Made by a program: the position numbers and the translations under genes. The notes under the pieces are model-generated. The model was not told the origin of the DNA. It ran no database searches and was given only the letters and a program-made list of their open reading frames with translations. A stretch of DNA of 64,000 nt, taken from Candidatus Sericytochromatia bacterium. GTDB taxonomy: Bacteria > Cyanobacteriota > Sericytochromatia > S15B-MN24 > UBA4093. The stretch is taken from NCBI GenBank assembly GCA_036676495.1, contig JAKFCT010000031.1:1-64000 (forward strand), written 5' to 3'. Shown here in pieces: positions 19,878 through 29,699 of the stretch (positions are counted from its first letter, which is position 1; each line of letters begins with the position of its first letter).

Positions 19878-21546
19878 TGACGATCTCCGGAGTGATGAGG
19901 ATCTGGACCTCGGTGCGGTTCTGATCGACCACCGTGCGCTGGAAGAGCTTGCCGAGGAAGGGGATGTCACCCAGCAGCGGGATCTTCTCGACGGTTTCAC
20001 GGCCGGAGTCCTGGATCAGGCCTCCGATGACGATGGTCTCCCCGTTGAGTACCCGGATCTCCTGGGTTTGGAACTCCCGGGTGCTCTTGAGGGTGGCCAG
20101 GATGTCCTGGTTCGGGGCGCGCTCTTCCTTGCGGACGATGGAGATGACGGGGTGGACGTTCATGGTGATGCTGCCTTGCAGGTCGATCCGCGGGGTCAGC
20201 TCGAGGGTGATGCCGACCTCTCCGAGTTCGACCGTCCGGGTGGTCAGCGTCTGGTTGGCGTTCTGGGAGATGGTGGTCGTGGTCTTGCTGATGATGTCGT
20301 CGGTGATCTTGATGACCGAGGAGCGGTTGTTCATGGCGAGCACCGAGGGGCTTGCCAGGACCTTGGCCTTGTTCTGCGAGACGAGCGCGTCGAGGGCCAC
20401 CCGGAGGTTCGCGGCCTGGTTGGTCGCACTCTCGAACGTGAAGCGGCCGTTCGTATTGGGGTTGTTGGCGTCGAAGTCTCCGCTGAACTGCTTGGAGCCC
20501 AGGCCGTAGCTGAGGCCGAGCCGCTGGAGGGCGCCCTGCTCGATCTGGACGATCTGGGTGCGGATCAGCACCTGGGGGGGCTTGCGATCGAGGGCCTGGA
20601 TGATCTGATCCGCCAGGGCGAGCTCGGCCTGGGAGCCGACGGCCAGGAGGGCGTTACGGCTGCCCAGCGGGATGAAGCGCGGGGTCTTGTCGCCGATGGT
20701 GATGGTTTCGGTTTTCGTGTCGGGGAGCTTGCCGGGCGCGGTGCCCGCGAAGTCCCGGAAGGTGTTCTTGACGGTCGCGCCGGCCGCACTGCCAGCGGCG
20801 CCGCCCGCCGCACCGCCTGCTGCCGCGCCCGTGCCGCTTCCGCCCGTCTGAACGCTCGTGTGGAAGCTCGCTTTCAGGACGTCGATGGCTTCGCTGACCG
20901 TGACGTAGGAGAGCGGGAAGACCCGGTTGGGAAGGAGCACGTCCATGCGCTTGACGAGCTGCTCGACGACCTGGACGTCCGTTTCCTGGCCCGAGACGAT
21001 CAAGGCGTTGCTGTTGGTGTCCGCCCGGACCTGGGTGGCGAAGAGCTGCTTGACCGACGTGGCGGCAGTTCCCCCGGCTGCGCCGGTGCTGCCGGAGCTC
21101 TCGGCGAGGACGTTCTTGACCATGGTCGCGGTGTTGGCGGCATTGGCGTAGGCCAGGGGGATGAAGCGGATGATCGGGCGACCGTAACGGCCGCTCCGGT
21201 AGACGACGTAGGTCGAGCCGATGTTCTGGATTTCCAGGCCGTTCGAGCTGATCAGGGTTTCGAGGATCTCGTTGAGCGGCGTGTTGAAGAAATCCAGGTT
21301 CAGGTTCGCGGACTTGTCGCTGGAGATGGAATCGTCGAGCGTCAGGTTGAGGCGCTTCTGCTCGGCGATCAGCTGGAGCGCTTCGCGCAGCGATGTGTCG
21401 CGCAGGCGGATGGTGAGCTTGCTCTCTCCGCCCGGCACGGTGATCTTTCGCTGGAGCGCGACGCCCTGGGCCGCGGCCGTAGGCATGCTTGCGAGGGGTA
21501 GCCCGAGGGCAAGCAACAGGGCGAGGCTTCTAGTCCACTTACTCAC
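19861..21546 (-). CDS. Secretin (PilQ/GspD family)
   Basis: Signal peptide, N domains, PQVLI, GETIVIGGLI, KIPLLGDIPFLGKLF, ILITPEI. Confidence 0.95.
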   Translation of the reverse strand: MSKWTRSLALLLALGLPLASMPTAAAQGVALQRKITVPGGESKLTIRLRDTSLREALQLIAEQKRLNLTLDDSISSDKSANLNLDFFNTPLNEILETLISSNGLEIQNIGSTYVVYRSGRYGRPIIRFIPLAYANAANTATMVKNVLAESSGSTGAAGGTAATSVKQLFATQVRADTNSNALIVSGQETDVQVVEQLVKRMDVLLPNRVFPLSYVTVSEAIDVLKASFHTSVQTGGSGTGAAAGGAAGGAAGSAAGATVKNTFRDFAGTAPGKLPDTKTETITIGDKTPRFIPLGSRNALLAVGSQAELALADQIIQALDRKPPQVLIRTQIVQIEQGALQRLGLSYGLGSKQFSGDFDANNPNTNGRFTFESATNQAANLRVALDALVSQNKAKVLASPSVLAMNNRSSVIKITDDIISKTTTTISQNANQTLTTRTVELGEVGITLELTPRIDLQGSITMNVHPVISIVRKEERAPNQDILATLKSTREFQTQEIRVLNGETIVIGGLIQDSGRETVEKIPLLGDIPFLGKLFQRTVVDQNRTEVQILITPEIVNDAAA

Positions 21547-21688
21547 GCGTTTCCCCCGTGGGCTTCATCAAAGGTGTCATGCCGTCTTTGGGATGGTAGC
21601 AGGAGAGTGAGACGCATGGCTGTGAGCGCTGCACGCCTCCCTTACCCGGGAAGCGAACGCTTGAAACGATCGGTGGCTGTGCGAGGGC

Positions 21689-22246
21689 CTAGTTGTGGAC
21701 CGCATCCCCGTCGGACAGCTGGGCGCCCTGGACGTAGAAGTAGCGATCGCCGCTGGGATCCGTGATGGCGACCAGGTAGAGGCGCGTGGCCATGGGTTTT
21801 CCGCCGCGCGAGAGATCCTGGACCTTGAGCCAGCCGTTGGCGGTGGGGTCGCTGTGGCGGTAGTAGTAAAGGATGCCGGAGTCCCCGATGTTGTCGGAGG
21901 TGTCCTCGAAAAGGGTCGGGACATCTCCGCCGGCGATGCCCCCGGCGGTCGCCGCGGCATCGGTTTTGGACCATGCGCTACCGCCCCAGGGGCTCGAGTT
22001 GTAATCCGCCGCGCGCTTGAGCTTCCAGGCGACGCGCAGTTCCGCGATGGAGGGGTACTTGCCGTCGTTGATGACGGCTTGGTCTTCGACGGTCGTCTGA
22101 AGGGCCACGACCCGTTGCCAGGCGTTGGTATGGCCCGAGTTGGTGCGAAGCTGGTTGTAGAGGGCGATGGAGCTGCCCAGCAGGATGGCGCCGACGACCA
22201 GGACCAGCATGACCTCGGTCAGCGTGAAGCCGGCTTGGCGTTTCAT
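21689..22246 (-). CDS. Type IV pilin-like protein
   Basis: G|FTLTE prepilin motif; shares SPWGG motif with the major pilin. Confidence 0.88.
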   Translation of the reverse strand: MKRQAGFTLTEVMLVLVVGAILLGSSIALYNQLRTNSGHTNAWQRVVALQTTVEDQAVINDGKYPSIAELRVAWKLKRAADYNSSPWGGSAWSKTDAAATAGGIAGGDVPTLFEDTSDNIGDSGILYYYRHSDPTANGWLKVQDLSRGGKPMATRLYLVAITDPSGDRYFYVQGAQLSDGDAVHN

Positions 22247-22260
22247 GGGGCGTCCTTTCA

Positions 22261-22821
22261 TTACTGGGGTCCGCTCAGCACGTAGAAGTAGCGAAAGCCG
22301 TTATTGCCGATGATCTTGTTGCCTGCGACCGAGTAGCTCTTGGCCTGGACGAGCGCGCCGGCGCGCGTCAGGTCCCCGAACTCCGCGCTCCCGTAGCCGC
22401 CGGCGCCGTTATCGATGACGGTGTAGTACATGCCTCCCGGCAGATCGTCGTCCTGTCCTGAAGCCAGCTTCTGTCCCTGGGTGGCGACCGAGTACTTGAT
22501 GCCGCCGGAGTTCGTGCGGTTGGCTTCCGTGGCGAGGATCAGGCCCCCCCAGGGGCTGTTCTGGTAATCCTTCGGTCGGCGGTGCTTCCAGGCATTGGTC
22601 ACTTGCGTGCCGGTCGGGTAGACGCGTGGCCCCACGTAGAGCTCTTCGACGAGCAACTGGAGATCCTGGACCTTCTGGCGCATGCCGGCATCCCCGGCCT
22701 GTTCGCGCAAGGCCCTGTAGCCGTAGATGCTGGCTCCCAGGAGCATGATCCCGACGGACAGGGCCAGTCCGACCTCCAACAGCGAAAAGCCGCGTTCGTG
22801 ATTCCGATCCAGTTTCTTCAT
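22261..22821 (-). CDS. Type IV pilin-like protein
   Basis: G|FSLLE prepilin motif; SPWGG motif. Confidence 0.88.
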   Translation of the reverse strand: MKKLDRNHERGFSLLEVGLALSVGIMLLGASIYGYRALREQAGDAGMRQKVQDLQLLVEELYVGPRVYPTGTQVTNAWKHRRPKDYQNSPWGGLILATEANRTNSGGIKYSVATQGQKLASGQDDDLPGGMYYTVIDNGAGGYGSAEFGDLTRAGALVQAKSYSVAGNKIIGNNGFRYFYVLSGPQ

Positions 22822-23055
22822 GGTCTCCTGAGCCTGTGCTCCTGCGCTGCCCGAGCATGCGCTCCCTGGTACTATACCAAGTTCCGCTCAGGCTCTAACG
22901 AATCTGCCCATTGGTGACAAATGTCCCAGACAAGAGGAGGCGCTTCGGCGATAATCCCAACGGAAATCCAGTTGCCTTCGAGGTTTCCTGGGTTTGAGTC
23001 TCCGTCAGGCCGGGTACTTGTTGCTTGGTACCCCTCCGGTGCCTCACGGGCGCTA

Positions 23056-24612
23056 ATGAAAGGGCCTGCCTTGCCCAAGCTCTACGACTGCGTCGTCCAT
23101 TCCGGGACCGAGCTGCGCCGGGAAGCTGTCGAAGCCGATAGCTTCCGGGAGGTTCGCGCCATGCTTCGTGGACAAGGGCTCTATCCCCTCGAAATCAAGG
23201 AGGCCAAGAAGCCGCGCCGCGATCTCTGGGCGGAGCTCAAGGCGCAGTTCGCGACCGATCGCACGGAGCGCGAGGCGATTCTCGAGGGGCAGAAGCAGTC
23301 CAAGAAGCGCAAGTATTACTTCGAGGCCATGCCGGTTACGGGGGGTGACTTGATCCAAGGGGATATCATGGCGCCGGATGCGCGGGCGGCCCGCCAAATG
23401 CTCCGAGAGCAGGGCCTGACCGTCGGGGTGCTCGAGCCCAAGCAGTTCTGGCATGATTTCCGTCCCAAGCAAGCGGCGGCCATGCTGCAGCTCGGAGACG
23501 AGGCGCGGGCGAAGGCGGCTCCTCGCAACTTGCGCCAGCAGCTGAGCGACACCTTTCTGCCGAAGCGCATCGCCATGAAGCACATGGCCTTCTACACCCA
23601 GCAGATGGCCACGATGCTCGACGCGGGGCTCTCCGTCAACCAGACCATGGACATCCTTCAGGAAGGCCTCACCGACCCGCGGCTGATCATGGTCAACCGC
23701 GAGGTCAAGAACAAGATCATGGAAGGGGTGGGCATGGGAGAGGCCTTCAGTGCCTTCGACCGCTACCTGCCTCCGGTCTTCATCGACCTGATCGCGGTGG
23801 GCGAGCTCTCCGGTAACCTCGAGGAGACCTTGAAGCGCCTCGCCGAGTACTTCGAGAAGGAGCTGGAGATCCAGGCCAAGATCAAGAACGCGCTCGCCTA
23901 TCCGACCATCCTGGTGGTCCTGATCGTGGCGATCGTGATCGGGATGATGCTCTTCATCGTTCCGAGCTTCCTGGACCTCTTCGCGGAGTTCAACCTGACC
24001 TTGCCCTGGACGACCAAGACCTTGCTCGCGACCAGCGCCTTCGTCTCCGCCAAGTGGTGGACCCTGCCGCTCTTCGCCGGCGGGTTCTACGTCGCCTGGC
24101 GCTGGTTCGTCTCCACGCGCATCGGTTCGGTGATCGTGGACTTCTTCGAGTACAAGGTGCCCTTGATCGGCAAGCTCAAGTACAAGGTCCTGATCGCGCG
24201 GATGCTCCACAACCTCTCACTGATCCTGCGCTGCGGCGTGCCCATCATGGTCGCCCTGGATCAGGTGCGCTCGGGCATCCAGAACCGCAACATCGCCTTG
24301 AAGCTGGGCGAGATCCGCACGGGCGTGGCCCAGGGGCTGCGGGTCTCGACGCTGTTTCAGGCCTCGGGGCTGTTTCCGCCGTTCATCGTTCACTTGCTGG
24401 TGGCCGGCGAGGAGTCGGGGGCCATCGACGACCTGATGACCAAGGGCGCCAAGTACATGGACGCGGAGGTCGAGCAGGGGGTGAAGTCCATGACGACCGC
24501 CATCGAGCCCATCCTCACCGTCATGGTCGCGGGCACCGTCCTCTTCATCCTGGGCAGCCTCTACATGCCGCTCATGGGCCTGATGGGCTCGGGAAGCAAG
24601 GTGCCGACATGA
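23056..24612 (+). CDS. pilC: Type IV pilus platform protein PilC/GspF with duplicated N-terminal domain
   Basis: QMATMLDAGL, GELSGNL, ALAYP, AGEESG, IEP motifs; start is 23056 (ATG) or 23071 (TTG). Confidence 0.92.
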   Translation: MKGPALPKLYDCVVHSGTELRREAVEADSFREVRAMLRGQGLYPLEIKEAKKPRRDLWAELKAQFATDRTEREAILEGQKQSKKRKYYFEAMPVTGGDLIQGDIMAPDARAARQMLREQGLTVGVLEPKQFWHDFRPKQAAAMLQLGDEARAKAAPRNLRQQLSDTFLPKRIAMKHMAFYTQQMATMLDAGLSVNQTMDILQEGLTDPRLIMVNREVKNKIMEGVGMGEAFSAFDRYLPPVFIDLIAVGELSGNLEETLKRLAEYFEKELEIQAKIKNALAYPTILVVLIVAIVIGMMLFIVPSFLDLFAEFNLTLPWTTKTLLATSAFVSAKWWTLPLFAGGFYVAWRWFVSTRIGSVIVDFFEYKVPLIGKLKYKVLIARMLHNLSLILRCGVPIMVALDQVRSGIQNRNIALKLGEIRTGVAQGLRVSTLFQASGLFPPFIVHLLVAGEESGAIDDLMTKGAKYMDAEVEQGVKSMTTAIEPILTVMVAGTVLFILGSLYMPLMGLMGSGSKVPT

Positions 24613-25052
24613 GGAAGTCCCGCGGGATGTCGCTGCTCGAAGTCTCCCTGGCCGTTTCGGTGGGCTTGATGCTCACCGTGGGCGGCGCTTACGCGTACCG
24701 CCAGCACATGCAGGCCACGCGGATCACCCAGGCTCAGCTGATGCTGGAGACCATCAACATGGGGATCGTTCGCTATCACGTCCGCACCGGAAGCTACCCC
24801 ACCCTCGCCGTCTTGCAGAGCAACAACGATGGGGCGAACCGGGGCTTCTACGGGCCGGCCGGCTCTCCCTTGCGCGATCCGCTCTACCCACCGATTCTCG
24901 AGACGCAGTCCTCGCCGATCAAGGCATGGACCGCGAATGCCGTCGCTCCCTGGGGGGGATGGCGCTATTACCCGGGCCCCGCCCCGAGCGCCTATGTAAA
25001 GCCGAACTTCAACCCCGCGGATTATCCCGGGCACGATCCGAACAAGTGGTAG
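24609..25052 (+). CDS. Type IV pilin/pseudopilin-like protein
   Basis: G|MSLLE prepilin motif; ATGA overlap with pilC. Confidence 0.85.
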   Translation: MRKSRGMSLLEVSLAVSVGLMLTVGGAYAYRQHMQATRITQAQLMLETINMGIVRYHVRTGSYPTLAVLQSNNDGANRGFYGPAGSPLRDPLYPPILETQSSPIKAWTANAVAPWGGWRYYPGPAPSAYVKPNFNPADYPGHDPNKW

Positions 25053-25058
25053 GTGGGA

Positions 25059-26687
25059 ATGGCTTCTAAGAAGGTCAAGCCCTTCGTCGGGCTCTATATC
25101 ACGGCGGATCGCCTCGAGGCGGCCGTCGTCGGAGGCCGCCCCGGCGAGCTCGAACTCGAGACGCAGTACCTCTCGGAGCTGCCGCCCGACCTGATCGACG
25201 CGGACGGGACCATCCAGGATGTGGCGGCCCTCGGTGCCGAGCTCAAGCGCTTCTGGAAGGAAGCCGGGCTCAAGAACCGCCGGGTCGTCCTGGTCATCGA
25301 TTCCCGCAAGGCCCTGCTTCGTCAGATCCGCCTGCCCAAGATGCCCATCAGCAGCCTCGATCAGGCCATCCTGAGCGAAGCCGAGCAGTTCGCGCTCTAC
25401 CGGGATGAAGAGCCCCTGATCGATTACTTCGTCAACGAGCTGGAGCATGACTTCATCCAGACGACTTACGGGGTGGTCCCCGAGGAGACCGTCGCATCTT
25501 ATTCCAAGGCCCTGAAGGCCGCAGGCCTGAAGCTCGAGGCACTCGACCTCGCTCAGCTCGCGGGTCAGCGGGGCATGGAGTTCTTCCATCCGCTCGACGA
25601 CGACCACTGGACCGGCGTGATGGTGCAGCCCCAGCGGCTGATCATCTCGTGCTGGATGGAGAAGCGGCTCTGGGTGATGCGCGAGATCATCCTGCCGGAG
25701 CGCATCTCGCACGACATGGCCATGCTGGCCCAGAGCTACCTCCCCAACATCTCCCACTCGGTCGCGAGCGACACCAACACCTTCGACGACCCCCACATGG
25801 TGCTGGCTTGCGATCGCGTCGAGGATGCGCGCGTGCTGGCCGATCATGCCCGGAGCCTGCTCGAGGGCCGCATCAGCATTGCCGGCTCGACGGACGATCC
25901 CACCGAGGAGCGGAAGTCCGCCTGGGGCTCGACCGTCGACGATGCGCTCGACGGTGCCTTCGGCAACGAAGAGGGCTTCACGCTCACCGCCACCCTCCCG
26001 CAGGCGGATCCCGACGCCGAGGACGATCTCGACGACGATCTGGAGGACGACCTCGACGACGAGGGCCCGCAGATCTCGTACATCGCCCTGGGCGCGGCCC
26101 TCTGGGGACGGGCGGAAGTCGTGCCCTCGCTCAACCTCCTTCCCAAGGGCAAGTCCGCGTCCTCGCAAGGTCTTCCCAAGATCGAGCTCGACCTGGACCG
26201 CCAGGTGCTCATGGGCCTGGCCGCGGCCCTCGTGGTCGGCGTCGCGCTCACCGGCTGGCAGTTCTGGCTGAAGAGCGATCGGGAAGCCCAGGTGAAGAGC
26301 CTGATGCGCCAGCTCGCCGATGCCAAAGTCCAGATGCAGGGCAACCAGCAGATGATGGAGACCCAGCCCCCCGAGGGGGAGATCCTCGGCCAGTGGCTGC
26401 CGCATCACCAGGAGAACGTCTTCGCGCGCCAGTTCCTCGAAACCCTGCGCGAGACCACGCCGTCCGACGCCTGGGTCTCCAAGGTCACGTACACGGCGGG
26501 ACAGGAAATGGTGATCTCGGGAGGCGCGCTGACCCAGACCTCCTGCCTTTACTTCGCCGATCAGATTGCGGGACTGGAGAGCGTCCGACAGGTCCGGATC
26601 CTCAAGATCTCGAAGGCCGGCTCGGCCTATTCGTTCGAAATCCAGGCGGGCCTGGGAATAAAGCTTGCGGGTGAGGCGCTGCCATGA
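25059..26687 (+). CDS. PilM-PilN fusion-like alignment protein
   Basis: PilM-like N-terminus (LKAAGLKL), acidic linker, SLNLLP + TM + coiled coil + TPSDAWV PilN-like C-terminus. Confidence 0.8.
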   Translation: MASKKVKPFVGLYITADRLEAAVVGGRPGELELETQYLSELPPDLIDADGTIQDVAALGAELKRFWKEAGLKNRRVVLVIDSRKALLRQIRLPKMPISSLDQAILSEAEQFALYRDEEPLIDYFVNELEHDFIQTTYGVVPEETVASYSKALKAAGLKLEALDLAQLAGQRGMEFFHPLDDDHWTGVMVQPQRLIISCWMEKRLWVMREIILPERISHDMAMLAQSYLPNISHSVASDTNTFDDPHMVLACDRVEDARVLADHARSLLEGRISIAGSTDDPTEERKSAWGSTVDDALDGAFGNEEGFTLTATLPQADPDAEDDLDDDLEDDLDDEGPQISYIALGAALWGRAEVVPSLNLLPKGKSASSQGLPKIELDLDRQVLMGLAAALVVGVALTGWQFWLKSDREAQVKSLMRQLADAKVQMQGNQQMMETQPPEGEILGQWLPHHQENVFARQFLETLRETTPSDAWVSKVTYTAGQEMVISGGALTQTSCLYFADQIAGLESVRQVRILKISKAGSAYSFEIQAGLGIKLAGEALP

Positions 26688-27805
26688 ACCAGACCGAGAA
26701 ATTGCTGATCGCCGGGGCCATCCTGCTGGCGCTTGCCGTGCCCGCGGGGGTTCACCTCCTGGGCGTGAAGGCCGTGGAAGGCGATCTGACGCGCTTGCGC
26801 CAGCAGATCGATCTGGCGATGCGCGATCGGGACTCCAGCGATCGCCTGCTTTCCTTGCGCCAGCAAGAATGGCAGAAGCTCACGATCGAGATCGACCGCC
26901 TGCGCCTCTTCGACCTCCGCAAGGAGGAGCGGTTCGAGACCGTGATGATCAATCGCTCGAACCTCGGCCTCATCGCGCTCTCCGAGATCTTCGAGAAGAA
27001 CGGCATCGCCATCGACGCCCTGGAGCCCCAGGAAAGCGGGTTCCGCCAGGTGCTGATCGCCGAGGCTCCTCAAGCCGGGGTGGTGAGCCGTCGCTACGTG
27101 CTCCAGGCCCGGGGCCCCTATCAGAGCCTCTTGAAGGTCTATGACGCCCTGAAGACCCTGCCCCCCACCCTGGAGGTCAGCGGTTACGAGGTGGCCTACC
27201 TGGATTCCAGCGCCCAGCGGGCCATGGTCTCCTTGAAGCTCGATCTCGCCTTCAACTACCTGCTGACGCCGGAGCAATTGGCCCAGGCCCAGGCGGCCGA
27301 GCAAGCGCCCGCCGCTTCCCCGACTCCTCCGATCAGCTTGACTCCCGATCAGGCCTGGAAGGTCGTGCTCAACTGGCTCATGCCTCCGGCGTGGGCGCAG
27401 TCGCCCGCCCCAGAAAAGCTTTACACCATCCCCGTCCGCAAGACTCCCCAGCTGGGCCGTTCGGAGCCCTTCCTGCCGCTGGCGCCCGTGGGAACCGGCT
27501 CGGTGGGCGTCCAGGTCCGCTCGAAGCCCAACTTGCAGATCGCCCTGATCGGCGTCTTGCTCGGGGGCGACGGCCTTCCCGGCGCCCTCGTCAATGCCGC
27601 CGGACAGCGGATCCGGGTGCGCCCCGGCAGCGTCTTGCCGAACGGCGCCGAGGTGCTGGCCATCGGGGACGGCTACGTCCTCGTGCGGCATTCGGGGGCC
27701 ATTCACCGGATCGGCTTGACCCGGGATTCGTTGGCTCCGGAATCGGAGGCGCAGCCGCCGGCCTTGCCTACGCCCCCGATTCCCCCGTTGCCCAGCGGAG
27801 AGTAA
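26684..27805 (+). CDS. PilO(-PilP)-like alignment protein
   Basis: TM + coiled coil + RGPYQSL PilO-like domain, then GRSEPFLP and VRPGSVL PilP-like beta region. Confidence 0.65.
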   Translation: MNQTEKLLIAGAILLALAVPAGVHLLGVKAVEGDLTRLRQQIDLAMRDRDSSDRLLSLRQQEWQKLTIEIDRLRLFDLRKEERFETVMINRSNLGLIALSEIFEKNGIAIDALEPQESGFRQVLIAEAPQAGVVSRRYVLQARGPYQSLLKVYDALKTLPPTLEVSGYEVAYLDSSAQRAMVSLKLDLAFNYLLTPEQLAQAQAAEQAPAASPTPPISLTPDQAWKVVLNWLMPPAWAQSPAPEKLYTIPVRKTPQLGRSEPFLPLAPVGTGSVGVQVRSKPNLQIALIGVLLGGDGLPGALVNAAGQRIRVRPGSVLPNGAEVLAIGDGYVLVRHSGAIHRIGLTRDSLAPESEAQPPALPTPPIPPLPSGE

Positions 27806-27809
27806 GCCG

Positions 27810-29591
27810 ATGGAACAAAAAGAACAGGGTCTGATCCCGACCAACCAGATCGAGCGCCGCCAGCAACAGGACGGCCCCATCAAGAAGCTCCGCGTCGGCG
27901 AGTGGCTCAAGAACCTCGGCTTCATCTCGGAGTTCCAGCTCTCCGAGGCCTTGACCCTCCAGATGGAGACGGGAAAGAAGCTGGGCGAGATCCTGGTTGC
28001 CAAGGGCTACGTCGCCGCCAAGGAGCTCCAGGAGATCCTCAACCTTCAAGAGGTGCTCGCCAACAAGTCGACCCTCGCCGACTTCTCGGTCGATGCCGCG
28101 ATCCTGGCCATGGTCCCCGAGTCCTTCGCCCGCCAGCATTTCGTCATCCCCCTGGTGAAGGTGGGAAGACGCCTGGTCGTTGGCGTGAACCGCGCGGACG
28201 ACACCAAGCTCCTCGATCACCTCTCCCTGCTGACGGGCCACTTCATGGTGCCCTTGGCTTTCCGCAAGGAAGACCTCGAGGGCGCGCTGACCACCTTCTA
28301 CGACAGCCGCCACCGCAGCAACTCCAGCGCCATCGAGCGCGCCATCAAGAGCGGCACCCATGAGACCTCCCAGCCCCAGCGGCAGGTCCAGGAGATCGGG
28401 ACGGCCGGCAACGCGGACGCTCCCATCATCGAGCTGGTCAACGCCATGCTCGCCGAGGCGGTCGAGCGCGGGGTCAGCGACATTCACCTGGAGCCCCGGG
28501 AAACCTTCATGGAGGTCCGCTTCCGGATCGACGGCGTCTTGAGCAAGTACCTCGACGTCCCCAAGGCCATCGAGAACTCCGTCACGACCCGCCTCAAGGT
28601 CCTGGGCAACATGAACATCACCGAGAAGCGCCGCCCCCAGGACGGCCGCTTCGGGGCCAACTTCGCCAACGGCGAGAAGGTCGACTTCCGCGTCTCGAGC
28701 ATCTCCACCCACTGGGGCGAGAAGATCGTCCTGCGCCTCCTGCGGCAGAAGTCCATCGCGCTCGGCATGGATCGCCTGGGCTTCGAAGAGGATCATTCGA
28801 AGCTGATCAACCGCCTGCTTCATAGCCCCACCGGCATCATCCTGGTCACCGGGCCCACGGGCTCCGGTAAGACCACCACGCTCTATGCCGCGCTGCAGAA
28901 GTTCGATCGCGAGACCGACAGCATCGTCACCATCGAGGATCCGGTCGAGTACCCGGTGGAGGGCATCGCCCAGATCGGGATCAACACCAAGATCGACTTG
29001 ACCTTCGCCGGCGCCCTGCGCACGATCCTGCGCCAGGACCCCGACGTGATCATGCTGGGAGAAATCCGCGACCACGAGACCCTGGAGACCGCGACGCACG
29101 CGGCCATGACGGGTCACCTGGTGCTTTCGACCCTTCACACGAACGATGCCGTCTCTACCGTGGGGCGCATCGTCGAGATGGGCATCCCCCCGTACATCGT
29201 CTCGTCGACGGTGATGGGGGTCATCGCCCAGCGGCTCGTGCGGCGGCTTTGCCCGAACTGCACCGAGGAGTACGAGGCCAACGCCGAGGATCGAGCGTTC
29301 CTGGGGGTTGCTCCCGATCGCCCGCTCACCTTGGCGCGGGGCAAGGGCTGTGAGGTCTGCAACATGACCGGCTACAAGGGGCAGCTGGGCGTGTACGAGA
29401 TCCTGATGATGAGCCGGCCGCTGCAGGCGATCGTCAACCGCGGAGGCTCGAGCATGGAATTGGCCGAAGAGGCCCACAAGGGCGGCTTCCGGACCATGCT
29501 CTTCGACGCCAAGCGCAAGATCATTCGTCGCATGACCAACGTACCCGAGGTGATCCGCGTGCTGGGTTACGGCGGACCTGACGGTTACTAA
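27810..29591 (+). CDS. pilB: Type IV pilus extension ATPase PilB/GspE with MshEN domain
   Basis: SDIHLEP, PQDGR, GPTGSGKT, TIEDPVE, LRQDPD, CxxC..CxxC; tandem RVGE..L..Q / KLGEIL..G..Q repeats. Confidence 0.96.
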   Translation: MEQKEQGLIPTNQIERRQQQDGPIKKLRVGEWLKNLGFISEFQLSEALTLQMETGKKLGEILVAKGYVAAKELQEILNLQEVLANKSTLADFSVDAAILAMVPESFARQHFVIPLVKVGRRLVVGVNRADDTKLLDHLSLLTGHFMVPLAFRKEDLEGALTTFYDSRHRSNSSAIERAIKSGTHETSQPQRQVQEIGTAGNADAPIIELVNAMLAEAVERGVSDIHLEPRETFMEVRFRIDGVLSKYLDVPKAIENSVTTRLKVLGNMNITEKRRPQDGRFGANFANGEKVDFRVSSISTHWGEKIVLRLLRQKSIALGMDRLGFEEDHSKLINRLLHSPTGIILVTGPTGSGKTTTLYAALQKFDRETDSIVTIEDPVEYPVEGIAQIGINTKIDLTFAGALRTILRQDPDVIMLGEIRDHETLETATHAAMTGHLVLSTLHTNDAVSTVGRIVEMGIPPYIVSSTVMGVIAQRLVRRLCPNCTEEYEANAEDRAFLGVAPDRPLTLARGKGCEVCNMTGYKGQLGVYEILMMSRPLQAIVNRGGSSMELAEEAHKGGFRTMLFDAKRKIIRRMTNVPEVIRVLGYGGPDGY

Positions 29592-29621
29592 GTTTGCGCC
29601 AAATTAATCTCCGTCTGAGGG

Positions 29622-29646
29622 GTTCATGAGCCGAGCGACGGGGTAT
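29622..29646 (+). promoter_or_regulatory. SigF/SigB-type promoter of cassette 1
   Basis: GTTCA-N14-GGGTAT, conserved in the duplicated copy. Confidence 0.7.
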
Positions 29647-29699
29647 AAGGCTGATAGTCCCTCTTACGCGTGTTCGGTAAGGCGGAAAAGGAGGCCTTG

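Noticed and set aside
21547-21688. Possible c-di-GMP riboswitch upstream of the secretin
   Set aside because: No GEMM consensus seen; the region is better explained by promoter elements.
22921-23055. Longer upstream starts in the ORF track for pilC (also for ABC 7947, SDR 60258, cNMP 62350)
   Set aside because: The extensions lack homology-like content and cover promoter sequence; downstream starts have better RBS or coupling.
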